This document shows positions 1 through 13,562 of a stretch of 64,000 bases of DNA, piece after piece. The notes beneath the pieces were generated by a model. It had not been told where the DNA came from, ran no database searches, and was given only the letters and a program-made list of their open reading frames with translations. Position 1 is the stretch's first letter; each line of letters opens with the position of its first letter. The DNA lies in contig NC_090402.1 of the NCBI RefSeq assembly GCF_036365525.1, positions 45,361,215 through 45,425,214 of the forward strand. Reading direction: 5' to 3'. The DNA comes from Heterodontus francisci. Taxonomy: Eukaryota. A program made the translations under genes and the position numbers.

Positions 1-825
1 ACCGTAACAAGAGCCCTGAAATATAATTTTGGGCGTCTTGGAAAATTCCTGCCTCATCTCCCTTAGGATCCCAGGAAGTCGGACCCTGGTGTTTTGTATT
101 CCTTTAGCCTGACTAACTAACTGATCTAATATCATTGTTGAGTTATGGTTGTAGGAGTATGTGTAGACAAAGTGTAAGATACTAAGCTTACCCCTTGGCA
201 TCCCAGCACAAACTTTCCAGGCCTTTCCTGTTTTAGCAATGACCAGAGCTGATCTATGAAAATTCCAGCTTTCTTTCAGTTCACATATTAATGAATGTAT
301 AGTAAAAAGTATAGTATCACTGTTAGTAATTCTGCTCGTGGACTCTGTGTGGCTCTATAACTAATCCATGCAGCTACCTAGTGCTGCCATCATAAACTCA
401 CTGCTGAAGCCAAACTAGATTTTTAAAAAAATAGAAATATATAATAATAATATTCCTTTCAATCTACCTCCTCGCACACTTCAGCAGTCACACAGGTAAA
501 TCTATATTTATGCTTTCACTTCATTGGGTCAAATTTCAAAGTTCATCTTCATAAAACAGCACCAAACAATAACTGAATAGACAGGCATTCTAACATTGAG
601 TCCTCATTCAACATACATACTGACAGCTTCACATTCACACTCTTGCATTCATGCACACATTCACAGTCTCACATTCACACACCAAACATGCTTGTGCATA
701 CTCACTCACCTTCATTAACACACTTACACACACTCCAGTCGAACATCATTAGTTGGGGATCAGTGGGAGCCAGGGCTGATCTTTTTCTTTCTTCCTAACT
801 GTTACTATCTCAGAGAGATCGTTAA

Positions 826-1761
826 TGTGAAAAATACGAGATATGAACCCCCAGATCAATTTAACGAACTAAACGACACGATATAAAATTTTCAGATTTT
901 TATGATAACAACTAAACTAAAAGAAATCCCAATTAACTAAATAGTACTTTGTAAGAAACTGACATCCCCTATTACAAACAAAGGTATTTTCTTTACTTCT
1001 TCAAACACTCACACCACACTTACATGATGCACAGTCCTTTTTGATGATAAAATCCTTTGTGGTTAAAAGTCCCAAATTCCTCCCAGTGTCAATGGGTTGG
1101 ATCTCCCAGACTTTTCAAAAATCAGTATTCTCTTTGCTCACTTCTCCAAGCACTTCCAACCTAGACATTGGTGAATAGTGTGTTTTCCGGACGATTCCGT
1201 GGGTCCTTTTCTCCTTCGCAAGCTTCGGCTCTCAAAACAAGTTCAAATCATCACAGCCTTTTGCTGTATGTCTTCAGAGAACAGGCGTGCCCTCTCTCTC
1301 TCTCCCTCACTCTCTCTCCATCTGCTACCACTGTATTCTTCTCTTACAGCTTGCCTTGAGGCTGCACCCCAATGGGTTTTTTTCTTACAGCCCGTTTGCC
1401 TTCAGAAAGTCTGTTAAATTTATCTTGACTCAAAAGTCAATAGCTTATTGTTCTATTACAAAATGCAGGCACCATAAGTCTAGGCTCACAAAGCAACTCA
1501 AGACTTTCCAGTGTCCCCAGGAGTTAACACCTGCCTGGTTATTTGCAATTTCTCTGGAAGGGCGAAACCCATTATTCTTCAGGTGTTCGTGTTGTAATTT
1601 CTGTTTTTCAAAAGAAATTCTTTAATCTATGTTCCCTGTTGTCCTGGTAATCTTTCACAGAAAGGTGGTGAGGTCACCTGACCTACTGGACTCCATCCTG
1701 AACTTTTAAAAATCACAATCTTTAAGGCATAATCATGTTACAAGGTCCAGCGTTCATAACA
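826..1761 (-). mobile_element. Solo LTR (Gypsy-type)
   Basis: TG...CA ends (tgtgaaaa...tcataaca) flanked by a 4-bp TSD ttaa (822-825 / 1762-1765); no internal coding region; orientation is a guess. Confidence 0.75.
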
Positions 1762-1919
1762 TTAACCTAAGATTATTGTAGCCAAGTGCACCACCCTCCC
1801 AGCTGAGAAAAGTTGGCTTTGCACAGATATGGATCAGACCTCAGAATTTCCTTGCCTGTTCAGTAATGCATCAGATGCACATATGCTTACTGAATCATTG
1901 AGGAAGAAGTCCAAGTCAC

Positions 1920-2290
1920 TCTTATCCAAGTCCTGTCCACGCATCACCCCTGAGCTCACTAACCTACATTGGCTCCTGATCTAGCAATGCCTCGATTTTA
2001 AAATTCACATCCATGTTTCCAAATCACTCCATGGCCTTGCCCCTCCCTATCTTTGTAACCTCCTCCTGCCCTAAAGTCCACAGAGGTCTCTGCTGCTCTA
2101 ATTCTGGCCTGTTGTGCATCCCTGATTTTAATTGCTTCACCAATGGAGGCCAATGCCTTCAGCCGCCTATGTCTAAAGCTCTGGAATTCCCTGCCTATAC
2201 TTGTCTACCTCTCTAGCTTTCACTCTCCTCCTTTAAGATGCTCATTAAAACATACCTCTTTGACCAAGCTTTTGGCCACCTGTCCTAATT
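1920..2290 (+). repeat. L2-type LINE 3' fragment, continuing at about 5447-5545 after a Gypsy insertion
   Basis: L2-like end (catcacccct...ctacattggctc...ctctggaattccct...); the tail resumes after 5446. Confidence 0.65.
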
Positions 2291-2301
2291 TTAATATTAC
2301 T

Positions 2302-5300
2302 TGCCCTTTAGTGTGTGATCTGTTGTTAAGTGTCACAGCAATGCAAGTAATAGTCAAAATACAATAGTATAATAGGACTGCAACATATGTACACAATAGT
2401 CACTGCAGGAACTAGTCTTGAACACGTCTTACTACCTCGCGCTCCACTTACAACTAACTGTTCGCGTATGACACAACATCACTTCCTCTGATGTAGTCCC
2501 ACAGCATCACCCTTTTTTCTAAAGATAAAAACAAATGTACAAGAAACAACAATATTGCGGTTCAGCTTAACTATACATAATTGAACAAAATATTATTTAC
2601 AGATAAGCAAATTGTAGAGGAGGTTTGCTTATACGTCTGGATCTTTTTGTCATGAAGCTGTTCCCTCGTTTGGAAATCTTGGAGAAATGATTGGCAACGT
2701 AGCCAATCACTAGCAATTCGGGGAGACAGTGGCTTAGTGGTGATGTCACAACCCTAGTAATCCAGAGGCCCAGGCTAATGCCCTGGGGACACAGGTTCAA
2801 ATTCCACCACAGAAACTGGTGAAATTTAAATTCAATTAATTAGTAAATTCAATTAACTAATTGAAAAATCTGGAATTGAAAGCTAGTCTCAGTAATAGTG
2901 CCATGAAATTATCATTGATTGTCATAAAAACCCATCTGGTTCCCGAATGTCCTTTAGGGAAGGAAATCTGCTGTCCTTACCTGGTCTGGCCTACATGTGA
3001 CTCCAGACCCACAGCAATGTGGTTGACTCTTAAATGCCCTCTGAAATGGCCTAGCAAGCTCTCAGTTCAAGGACAATTGGGGATGGGCAACAAATGCTGG
3101 CCTTGCCAGTGATGCCCACATCCCATGAAAGAATAAAAGAAAAATCCTTCTGGCCTCTGGGAAATTGCTGCAACAAACTGAAGTCTGAGTAGAAACCTCG
3201 GGTCATACTGCCTCTTTGTACCAAGGCTGCCAACCTTTGTGTCATCCTTCACATGGACCAACCTGATTCGCTCAACCTGGACATGTTCTGCCATTTTGAT
3301 GCATTATTGAATTCTTTAATGGTAACAATTCGTAGTCCTTGGCATGCTGGAAGTCCTGCAACGGCTGGTCCAGTTGTGTCTACAATGTAAACCATTTGTG
3401 ATAGCCATTCAGAATTCCCATAGCTGCACTGTCAGGTTATTGTTCAAATGTACTTGATTGGAAAACCATTGTAGGCTGTTAGTTTAGCTGTAGTGAGTTG
3501 CACCATGGATTACCAGTTCTTGGAGCACATGTCCTTCATTATACAAATGGGCAAAATATTTGCACTTGCTCTGGTGTCAATTGTTCCTTTGAAATTGTGA
3601 TTGCCACTCTTCTGTGGACATACAATCCTGATCATGGTGAATGCTGTGTAATAGCATTGACATGCTGATTCAAATTGACTATGTGGCATGCTTGCTCGCT
3701 GTTCACATGAGTGCATTCTTCATCAGTGTCATCCTGTCTGTCTGCTGACTTGATGTACCTGCTTGGGCTTCTGTTGTGTGTTGGCATACTGCTTGTTGCA
3801 TTTGCCATCCCTTCTTGCAGACATTGTCTCTGCCTGTGATCTGCCACCATTCTTGTGTGCAGTATTTGAGCTTGGCCTTCTGCACTGCCTTGCCCAAAGC
3901 CCTCATATGCCATAAGCTTTGCATAGTTTCTAGTACACTGGGCAGCTGTGAGTTGGGTGAGTCAGGTCACATTTGCCACAAGGCTTAGCAAACTTCTGAG
4001 CTTTGGTTACGCTACCGATTGTTGTAGCTGCCCCAAACGCTTGTAACTGTTGGTGCCCAGTCATGATGGCTTCAAGTTTTTTTCTATAATGCAGCAGGGC
4101 ATCTATGGTGTGCCCTTTCCTCTTTTCTAGCAGGTCTTTTTGAAAGGCCTCTAGTGGGGTAGGCGTGATCGCCAGTTCTATAACTTGTTCTGACAATTCG
4201 TATCAGCGCAGTCAGAAATATTGAGCTTTGTCTCGGCTCCTTGCAAGAAACTGATCAATGGACTCATCTTGCCTTTGCCAGGAGATCGTAAGCTCAAGCC
4301 TATGTATGCAGAAATTTAGCTATACCTTCAGCTGCTGCTTCAGGAGTGTCCAGATCTTATTAGGATTCTTTAGATCTTCATCAGACAATCCTAAGGTATT
4401 GAGCTATTGCAAACCTTCGTTTCCCAGTGCAAAATTTAATTTTGGTAGCTTGTTTCACTGATCAGTGATTTCCAGTTCTAGGAAACATAGCTCACTTTTC
4501 TGTCGGAATAGTTTAAATGCAAACACAATGTCCGACACTTTCCAGTCCATTACTGCTTATCTGAAAGCCATTGTAATAATGATCCTTTTTAAAATAAACA
4601 TATGGCCTTTTGCAGGCATTTTCTCAGGAACAGTTCTTTTGTAAGTCTTTTAAGAGAAATCTGGTACCTGTCCCTTTCAAGAGAACTAGATGATTGTTTT
4701 GCACAGATAGACTGTTTACATAGCTGTCGGTTTTTTTAAACACAGTAAAGGAGAGCTTTTTTTTTAAACAGTTTTTTCAGTTTTTTTTAAAGGGCTGCTT
4801 GCAGTTGCTATCAGCTGCCAGTCAGTTTTTAACATCATCCGAGACCTCTCAGTGGCGCTGTCTATTTCTTCCCGCTCTTTTGGGCTTCGGCCCTGTCCAC
4901 GAAGGCAGGCGAAGCTGAAGCAGTAATGGCTGCAGCCACAGCCCTTAAAACTTTTCGACACACTGCCAGATTGATGAAAACTCTGCTCCCCTGACAAATT
5001 GCCTATTTTACTTACAGAGCTCCAACCTCTGGGGTCCTGGATGTGTCCTCAGTCCCTGCAGCATAGTGGGGTCTCTTGCTGGCTGCTCTCCCACTGGATC
5101 TTCAACCACTCATGTAGGCAGCTTGTTGTTCCTTGTTCTCTTTTTTGAAGTATTCTTCGGGAAAAATGAGAAGTTACCACAATGGTGTTCGGTGGTCTTC
5201 AGAAAAAATAAATAGATCCCGATGCTGCCAACTTGTCCCTTGGTGTGTGATCTGTTCTTAAGAGTCACAGGAATACAAGTAATATTCAAAATAAATGTTG

Positions 5301-5446
5301 GGTTTTATTATAATAAACTACAACATATATACACAGTAGTCACTGTAGGAGCTAGCTTTGAATTCGTCTCACTACCTCGGGCTCCAACCACAACTAACTG
5401 GTCACGTGTGGCTCGACATCACTTCCTCTGATGTAGTCCCACAACA
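2302..5446 (-). mobile_element. Internally deleted Gypsy LTR retrotransposon (Mag-like)
   Basis: Direct LTRs at about 2302-2506 and 5234-5446; PBS-like TGGCAGCATCGG (rc of 5219-5230); PPT AGAAAAAAGGGTGA (rc of 2507-2520); decayed gag with CGKC..H..C knuckle, protease IDTRASANILP, integrase tail KRSRRISKPP; no RT seen. Confidence 0.85.
2720..3144 (+). mobile_element. tRNA-headed SINE, an internal-deletion derivative of the LINE at 23350-26638
   Basis: First ~345 bp align with the LINE 5' end (23351-23667) and last ~75 bp with the LINE 3' end (26562-26638); A/B boxes present. Confidence 0.85.
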
Positions 5447-5699
5447 CTTAAAGCTCCTTGTGTGGCTCGCTGTCAAATGCTGTCTAATGATGCCTTGGGA
5501 CACTTTGCTACATTAAAGTTGCTATATAAATGCAAGCTGTCATTGTTGCTGCTATTGTATTTAGGTTTTTTTTATGGTAGCTGCCTGAAAAATCAAAGTG
5601 CTGTCACTCTTGTTACCCATTCAGTTTGCCTTTACCTAGATGTTTGTGAAAACCACACGGACGAGTTAGAAAGGAATTAACGAAAATAACTATTCAATT

Positions 5700-6015
5700 T
5701 TACAGTGCAGAAGGAGGCCATTTGGCCCATCGTGCCTGTGCCAGCTCTTTCAAAGAGCTAGCCAATTAGCCCATACCCACTACTCTTTCCCTGTAGAACT
5801 GCAGTAAGTATTTAACCAATTCCCTTTTGGCACTTACTACTGAATATGCTTCTACCATCCTTTCAAGTAGTGAATTCCAGATCATAATAGCTGGCTGAGT
5901 AAAAAAACTCTTCTCAGGTCCCATCTGGTTCTTTTGTTAATTACTTTAAACCTGTGTCCTCTGGTTAATGACCTTCCTGCCAGTGGAAACAGTTTCCCCT
6001 AATTTACTCTTATCA
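5700..6015 (-). repeat. CR1 LINE 3' fragment
   Basis: Reverse complement of the CR1 tail seen at 9900-10250. Confidence 0.7.
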
Positions 6016-6539
6016 GCAGAAACTAAAGATGCAGAAATCTCACACATGAGTGAGGATTCACTGAGCAACATTTTTTGTGCAGATTTAAAATTCTAATTTC
6101 AAAGAATGCAGAGACAAGGAAACCCAAATCAGGGAGCTTAACGCTATTGAGAACTGGGGCAGTACTACATTTCAGTGAGGGAAAGCTTCCAAAAGTGATC
6201 AATGATATTACAAATCACTAAGATAGCCTTGTATGAACATACCAAAGATGAATAAAAGTGTTATATTCAGCACACTGCAGTAGAACATTTATTCCACAGA
6301 GTTTGCTCAGGAGAACACCCCAGTAATTCTGCCCCATATTTAATCACTGCATATTTTTCAATTAGTCAGTAGTTACAACAATAATTACATTCAGGGATTA
6401 AATAAATCAAATTAGATCTGCAATTCAGTTAAACTTGGCAAGCCGTCAGTTATAAAACACGATTAATTCACTAGTCAGCACAGTACACCCGGTTAAGTAG
6501 TTTGAACAAAGTTAATGGTTGCGTGTTTTTCATTAAAAC

Positions 6540-6866
6540 AACAAAAACTTGCATTCATATTAAGCCTTTAACATAGCAAAACACCCCAAGGTGCTTCACA
6601 GGAGTGTTGTTAAACAAATTTGACGTTGAACCATATAAGGAGATATTAAGACGGGTAACTAAATGCGTGGTCAAACAGCGAGGTTTTAAGGAGCATCTTG
6701 AAGGAGGAAAGAGGTAGAAAGATAGAGAGGTTTAGGGAGTTTCCAAGTATAGGGTTGAGGCAGCTGAAAACATGGCCACCAGTGGTAGACTGATTGAAAT
6801 AGGGGATGCGCACGAAGCCAGAATTTAAGGAATGCAAAGATAGGGATGGACAAGACTATGGAGGGA
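6540..6866 (-). repeat. L2-type LINE 3' fragment
   Basis: Reverse complement similar to 2100-2290. Confidence 0.65.
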
Positions 6867-7067
6867 TTTGTCAAATCTATTTGTCATTGGCTTGTACACA
6901 GTTTCCTATTGCAGAATTCTGTACTCTCCTTTCTTAGCAGGCTGTGATATTGCCATTATCATGCACCAGTGGATGTCGCCTGCAAACTGTCAGCATCTGC
7001 AAAACTTGCACTGTGCGATAATAATAAAGAACATGTTGATGTGCCCGCTGCTTTATTGCAGAATAGA

Positions 7068-7780
7068 TTTGACAAAGGTATTTGTAAGATGATTAAGGGA
7101 TTTGATAGGGTGGATAGAGAGAAATTATCCAGAAATAATCATGAACAAAGTTGGGGGGGGGGTGGGTGGGTGGCTGCTGGCGGTGCAAACCTTAAAACTA
7201 GAACTAGGTCGTTCAGGGATAATGTCAGGGCGCACTTACTTTTTAGAATTAGAATATTACAGCGCAGTACAGGCCCTTCGGCCCTCGATGTTGCGCCGAC
7301 CTGTGAAACAATCTGACCGACACTATTCCATTTTCATCCATATGTCTATCCAATGACCACTTAAATGCCCTTAAAGTTGGCGAGTCTACTACTGCTGCAG
7401 GCAGGGCGTTCCACGCCCCTACTACTCTCTGAGTAAAGAAACTACCTCTGACATCTGTCCTATATCTATCACCTCTTACACAAAGAGCAGTGGAAACTTG
7501 GAACTGTCTCACCCAGAAAACTGTTGATTCTGACCGGGGGGTTGGGGAGGGGGGGTGTGGGGGGGGGTGGGGTGCGGGGGGGGGGTGTGTGGGTAGGGGA
7601 TTCAACTGAAAATTTCAAAACTGTGATTGATATATTTTGTTAGGTGAGGGTGTTAAGGGTTACGGAGCCAAGGCAGAGTTGCGATACAGATCTGGAACCA
7701 AGATGGAGTTGAGATACACACCTGCCATGAATGGTGAAACAGACTCGAGGGACTAAATAGCCTACTCCTGTTCTTATGTT
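7068..7780 (+). repeat. CR1 3' fragment interrupted by an antisense CR1 3' fragment (about 7245-7470)
   Basis: KMIKGFDRVD on + strand; FFTQRVVGAWNALP on - strand. Confidence 0.7.
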
Positions 7781-8159
7781 TAGTATGTTAGTGCATTGAC
7801 TGAAGCAGCACAGAGCCAGAAGATCTCAGTTTTGATCCCAGCCCATGCTGGGTTAGTTGCTTTCAGCCAGGGAGGCAGTTGAGGTGCTACAACTGGGCTC
7901 AATGGTGCCTCACTGCCAAAGGTGCCCACATGAGCAATTAAGGTGGAGGTTAAGTATCCTATTGAAGATGCCACATTGAAATAGTTATCAGGAGACATAC
8001 AGAAGTAAATAAACAGAAAAACAAAAGGAAAATACTGCCGATGCTGGAAATCTGAAATTAAATTAGAAAATGCTGGAAGACATTCAGTGGGTCAGGCAGC
8101 ACCTGTGAAGAGATGACCCTTCATCAGAACATGCAGAAGTAGCCACTGATGAAGAGAAA

Positions 8160-10440
8160 GACTTGCATTTATTTAGCACCTTTCATGATCTCAACATTCC
8201 AAAGCATTTTACTTTTGAAGTGTAGTCACTGTTGCAATGTATGAAACACAGCAGCCAGTTTTTGCACAGCAAGCTCTCACAACAGCAATGTGATATTGAC
8301 CAGATAATCTGTTTTTTATCAGGTTGATTGAAGGATACATATTGGCCAGGACACTGGGGATAACTCTCCTGCAAAATAATGTCATGATCTTTTACATCTA
8401 TGAAGTAAAAAAGGAAATTAGAAAAGCAAACAGAGGACATGAAAACATATTGGCAGGTAAAATCAAGGAATCCCCAACGATGTTTTATCAGTATATTAAG
8501 AGCAAGAGGGTAACTAAGGAAAGGGTAGGGCCTATCAGAGATCTGCAAGGGAACTTATACCTGGATGCAGATGATGTGGGCAGGGTTCTTAATGAGTTTT
8601 CTGCCTCTGTCTTCACAAAGGAGAGGGATGATGCAGACATTGTAGTAAAAGAGGAGTGTGAAATATCAGATACGATTAGCATAATGAGAGAGGAAGTACT
8701 GGAGGGTCTGATATCCTAGAAAGTGGAAAAATCACCAGGGCCGGATGGATTGCATCCCAGGTTGTTAAAGGAAGCCAGGGAGAAAATAGCAGATACGCTA
8801 AGGATCATCTTCAAATCCTCACTGGATACGGGCAAGGTAGCAGAGGATTGGAATATAATTGTTTAAAAAGGGTGTGAGGGATAGGCCAAAGAATTATAGG
8901 CCGGTCAGTCTGATCTCGGTGGTGAGTAAATTATTAGAATCAAGTCTGAGGGATAGGATAAATTGCCACTTAAGGGATAGTCAGCATGGATTTGTTAAGG
9001 GAAGGTCATGTCTTACTAACTTGATTGAATTCTTTGAGGAAGTAACAAGGAGGACTGATGAGGGTAGTGCAGTGGATATGGTCTACATGGATTTTAGTAA
9101 GGCATTTGACAAGGTCCTGCATGGCACATTGGTCAGTAAAATGAAAGCCCATGGGATACAGGGGAATATGGCAGGTTGAATCCAAAATTGGCTCAGTGAC
9201 AGGAAGCAAAGGGTAGTAGTCGACGAACGTTTTTGTGAATGGAAAGCGGTTTCCAGTGGCATTCCACAGGGTTCAGTGCTGGGTCCCTTGCTGTTTGTGG
9301 TATATATTAATGATTTGGACTTAAATGTCGGAGGCAGGATTGGGAAATTTGCAGATGACACAAAAATTGGCCGTGTAGTTGATAGTGAAGAGAATAGTTG
9401 TAGACTCCAGAGTGATATCAATGGTTTGGTTGAGTGGGGGGAAAAGTGGCAAATGGAATTCAATCCGGACAAGTGTGAGGTAATGCACTTGGGGGAGGGC
9501 AAATAAAGTGAGGGAAAACACAATGTGTGGGAGGATATTGAGACGGGTAGAAGAAGTGAGATACCTTGGAGTGCATGTCCACAGGTCCCAAAAGGTGGCA
9601 GGGCAGGTAGATAAAGTTGTGAAGAAGGCTTATGGAATGCTTTCCTTTATTGGCCAAGGTATAGAATACAAAAGCAGGGATATGATGCTGGAACTGTATA
9701 AAACGCTGGTTCGGCCACAGTTGGAATATTACGTATAGTTCTGGTCATCACATTATAGGAACAACATAGTTGCTCTGGAGAGAGTGCAGAGGAGATTTAC
9801 AAGAATGTTACTAGGGCTTGACAGTTGCAGCTATGAGGAAAGATTGGATAGGCTAGAGTTGTTTTCCTTAGAACAGAGGAGGCTTAATTGAGGTGTACAA
9901 AATTATAAGGGGCCTAGATTGAGTAGACAGGAAGGACCTATTTCCCCTAACAGAGAGGTCAGTTACCAGGGGGCACAAATTTAAGGTGACTGGTAGAAGG
10001 ATTAGAGGGGACATGAGGAGAAACTTTTTCACCCAGAGGGTGGTGGGTGTCTGGAATTCACTGCCAGGAATGGTGGTGGAGGCAGTAACCCTCAATTCTT
10101 TTAAAAGGTACCTGGACATGCACCTCAAGTGCTGTAACCTGCAAGGCTATGGACCAGATGCTGAAAGGTGGAATTGGATTGGGCAGCTAGTTTTTTCAGC
10201 CAGTATGGACACAAAGGCCTGAATGGCCTCCTTCTGTGCTGTAATTTTTCTGTGGTCTACCCAAGAGGGCAGTCAGGGCTTTGGTTTAGAATACCATCTA
10301 AAAGGCAGCACTGCCTCAGTATTGCACTGGGATGTCAACCTTGATCTTAGTGCTCAGGTCCTGGAGTTGGACTTGGCTCCAAAACCATCAAACCCAGAGA
10401 TGAGAGTGTTACCCACTAAGCCACTAGCTGACACCTAGGA
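8160..10440 (-). mobile_element. DeuSINE split by a CR1 insertion (pieces 8160-8400 and 10257-10440)
   Basis: Reverse complement matches the DeuSINE copies at 28055 and 58335; tcta at both junctions. Confidence 0.7.
8401..10256 (+). mobile_element. 5'-truncated CR1 LINE (decayed RT)
   Basis: KSPGPDGLHP, NYRPVSL, QHGFVKGRSCLTNL, DFSKAFDKV, KFADDTK; stops and frameshifts. Confidence 0.92.
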
Positions 10441-10919
10441 TGACTATCCTTCCAGTTTTCTCTTTCTCTCTATGCCTGCTCATTGTAGGGCGCCTTCTCA
10501 CAATGATGTGGCTGATACTGGGGCCTCAGAGGTGATGGGGATCAAATGTGTGACCTGAACTCCAGTGACTCGGCAATGTGTTGCTTCAAAATACTGGACC
10601 ACCCTGCTACTGAAGAAAATGCACATCCTGACATGTGAACCCTGTGAAGATGCAGACAGCAAATCAATGACAGTTAATTTATGCACCCAGATGGGATGGT
10701 GTGACTGAAACCACTGGAGCCTTTCATTGAAATTAATGTCTCCAGGGAGGCACCACTCTTCTCCACTATTTTTAGGAAAGGAATTGACCTGTTGAAAATA
10801 AAATTGATGGGTTAATGGCTACCTAAAAATAATGCAGAGAGTAATGCAATGCGAGCACCTTAGGCATTTGTACCTGCTATTTGTGGACTATAAAATGTAC
10901 TGTTACGCTTGGTCAGGCA

Positions 10920-11190
10920 ATATAATAAATCCAATAGGGAATTCAGGAGAAACTTCTTTACACAGAGCAGTTAGAATGTGAAACTCACAACCACAAGGAG
11001 TACTTGAGACGAATAATATAGATGAATTTAAGGGGAAGCTAGATAAGTACATGAGGGAGAAAGGAATAGAAGGACATGCTGATAGAGTGAGCTGAAGTAA
11101 GGTGGGAGGTGGCTCGTGTGGAGTGTAAACACCAGCATAGACCAGTTGGGTCAAATGGCCTGTTTCTGTGCTGCTATTTCTATGTAATTT
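10920..11190 (+). repeat. CR1 3' fragment
   Basis: ttctttacacagagcagtt...gggaagctagataag...ggcctgtttctgtgctg tail. Confidence 0.65.
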
Positions 11191-11309
11191 TATGCAATAG
11201 AGAGAGTGCTTTGGAGTTATTATATTGCAGTTGCAGTTTCTGATTTGACACTTCTGCAGTTAGTCATGTTTTCTATTAGGCCCCACAATGCACATCTGGG
11301 ACTGTAAAT

Positions 11310-12028
11310 TATATGGGGGCATGCACGTCACAGAGCCACTGCAATATGAAGTGCGGCGGCTCATTTAAACAGCCGGGGCGGACCGCTCACCCCAATGACA
11401 TGGAGGGGACAGACTGTCTGTCCCCGGCAATGGCCTCAGCCGCCTTTGCGAAGCCATTTTTAAAGGGCTTCAAGCCCTACATTCAATTTAAATATTTAAA
11501 GATGTAGTGATTTTTAAATATTAAATAAATTGATCCTGACTGTCTCCAAACCCTGCCAATAACCATAGAATTTAGTACCTGCACTCTCCCCCCACCAAAA
11601 ACACTTACGTTGTGCATCTGTCCATCCCCCCGAAAAGTTCATAAACTTTAAACTTTACCCCTTCCCACCATCCCCTACACCAATGAGATGACTCTGACGC
11701 GGCTCTTCCCCCTCCCACAGTGAAAAACTTACCTGCTCCCCCCTCCCCACCAGTGTTCAAGGCCCGGGTGTGCCGGCCAATATCGCACCAGGCCAGATGG
11801 AGGGAGTGGGAAGGTAATTTATTCCTTTCTTTACATCTATTTACATATTTAAATTTGGCGGCTATCGCTGAGCGGCGGAGGGGGCTGCCATGAGGCCTCG
11901 TCACCACCAGTGATATTGGGCCGTGCCTTGCCGACATGAAGGCTCGTGGCAGACCTCCGCGGAGGCATTTTCCGGCCCCCCCCCCCCACCAACTCCTGAC
12001 GTCGGGGGGGTCTGTAAAATTTGCCCCC
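11310..12028 (-). mobile_element. Harbinger-type MITE
   Basis: TIR-like gtaaaatttgcccc at 12015-12028; internal similarity to 36105-37274 and 47678-48124. Confidence 0.6.
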
Positions 12029-12760
12029 TGGTTCTTCTTTCAAGGACCCATCAAATTTTACCTACAATTTTGCAATATTACACAGTGCACGTGTAATAAT
12101 TCATCTGAAAAAATGCAACCTGTGCAGACGACACTACTGCAAACTGTATGCTAATTTGAATTGATACTTTCTGGTACTCACACATCAATGGTCTAAAGAG
12201 GACCAGAGGCAATAGGCGTGTTGACTGGTTGCATTTGACACAAGATGTCGCATTGACCTTGTTTACATAAAACCTTGCAGAGAGTTTCAACCTAGCGCTA
12301 AACAGGCTCTATCTCCTACTAATGTCTCACATGGTGGGAAAATTGCAGGTGGAAAATGCTTTCAGAAGAGAAACAAAAGCATTACTGAACAGATTATGGC
12401 AGATTTCTCATTAATTGCCAGGCAGGATTCTGCCATCACGATTGGCAACAGATTTGGCTGCTCCAAGCTCCTCCCAAAAGTATTTGGTTCTTCATCCTCT
12501 CAAACGGACAGTTTCCATTGTTACTTCCTAACTAAACTATCTGTCAGTGCTGAATTTGAACCTGGATGATGCAAGGGCTTCACTCAAACCCACATGGTCT
12601 TATGTTTTTTTAATACTGTTTTTATTCCTAGTTTACAATAAATACAAGGTACCAGATGACCCCATATCAAGTTATAAAGTAAAAATGAATATACTGCATA
12701 TGCTAACTTTTTACATGTGTTGAGGTACAGGGACAAGACAACCGGTTCAATCCCACACTG

Positions 12761-13560
12761 TCACATTGGGACAAACCTGGGCACTGACACTATCAGGTCT
12801 ATGTCAAGGAGGGCCCACGTGTAAGGGGTTTGTGATTCATCAAAGGCATTATCTCTGATCTGCATCAGGTCCTGCAACCAGACCTGCAGCGATGGAGCAA
12901 ACTTCTGTGCAACTGTATCTTTCCCACGCCATTTGGTAACAGCACCAGAAGCTATAAGTGTGCCGTTCATTTCTGCATCACAGAAAGAACAGCTGTACTC
13001 TTTCAGCTTGGCTTTGCATAGGTACAGATTGACAGGGCCAACCAGCAGTGATTTGGCCAGCAGAGGCACTATTTTCTGCTAGGCACCATTTCCAAGTACA
13101 AAGCAGCATGCTGTTTGTGTACTACACCACTGGTGTCCTCTTCTTCATTAATAGGAAGGATTTCTGCTCACATAATGCAGAGACTGCAAGTAGAAAATTC
13201 AGCCAGTAACTGTTGATTTTCTGAACAGTATTTATCATGCAAAGATGTTGATGAAAATAGGTTGGCCCCTGAATCAGCGCCTGCTCGAAATATTGCTGTT
13301 GGCAGATCCACAGATGCTTGCACTCTCCAAGACAAAACGTACAACGAGACACATTCCAGTGGAAGATATCTAGTGAAGCACAGTTTGAGACTATTGAGAT
13401 AATGCTCCCAGTGCTGAGACTGCACCAGGGGTGACTTACAACATGAGTCAGATATGTTGGTAAAATGATCGTGGCATGTAGCATTCTCTGCAATATTACC
13501 ACTGAGACAGCCATATGGATACTTGGCAAAAATAATCAACAGCCAGTAAACAGACCTAAG
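12761..13560 (-). pseudogene. Endogenous viral element: paramyxovirus HN-like attachment glycoprotein, C-terminal part (N-terminal remnant at about 22057-22135)
   Basis: IIFAKYPYGCLSGNIAENATC...YLNSL resembles HPIV3 HN IIFLGYGGLEHPINENVIC...MVNSI; GAD at the GSEG/GAEG position; terminal WALLDI..PRFVPM; frameshifted; by-eye comparison only. Confidence 0.55.
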
Positions 13561-13562
13561 AA

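Noticed and set aside
12380-12440. ICHNLFSNAF resembling filovirus VP24 TRNLFPHLF
   Set aside because: A single short motif with no supporting collinear similarity
12761-13560. Initial reading as a Tx1/L1 zf-RVT fragment (CSFCDAE)
   Set aside because: No following HL..C motif, and another frame gives a longer HN-like match; kept only as an alternative
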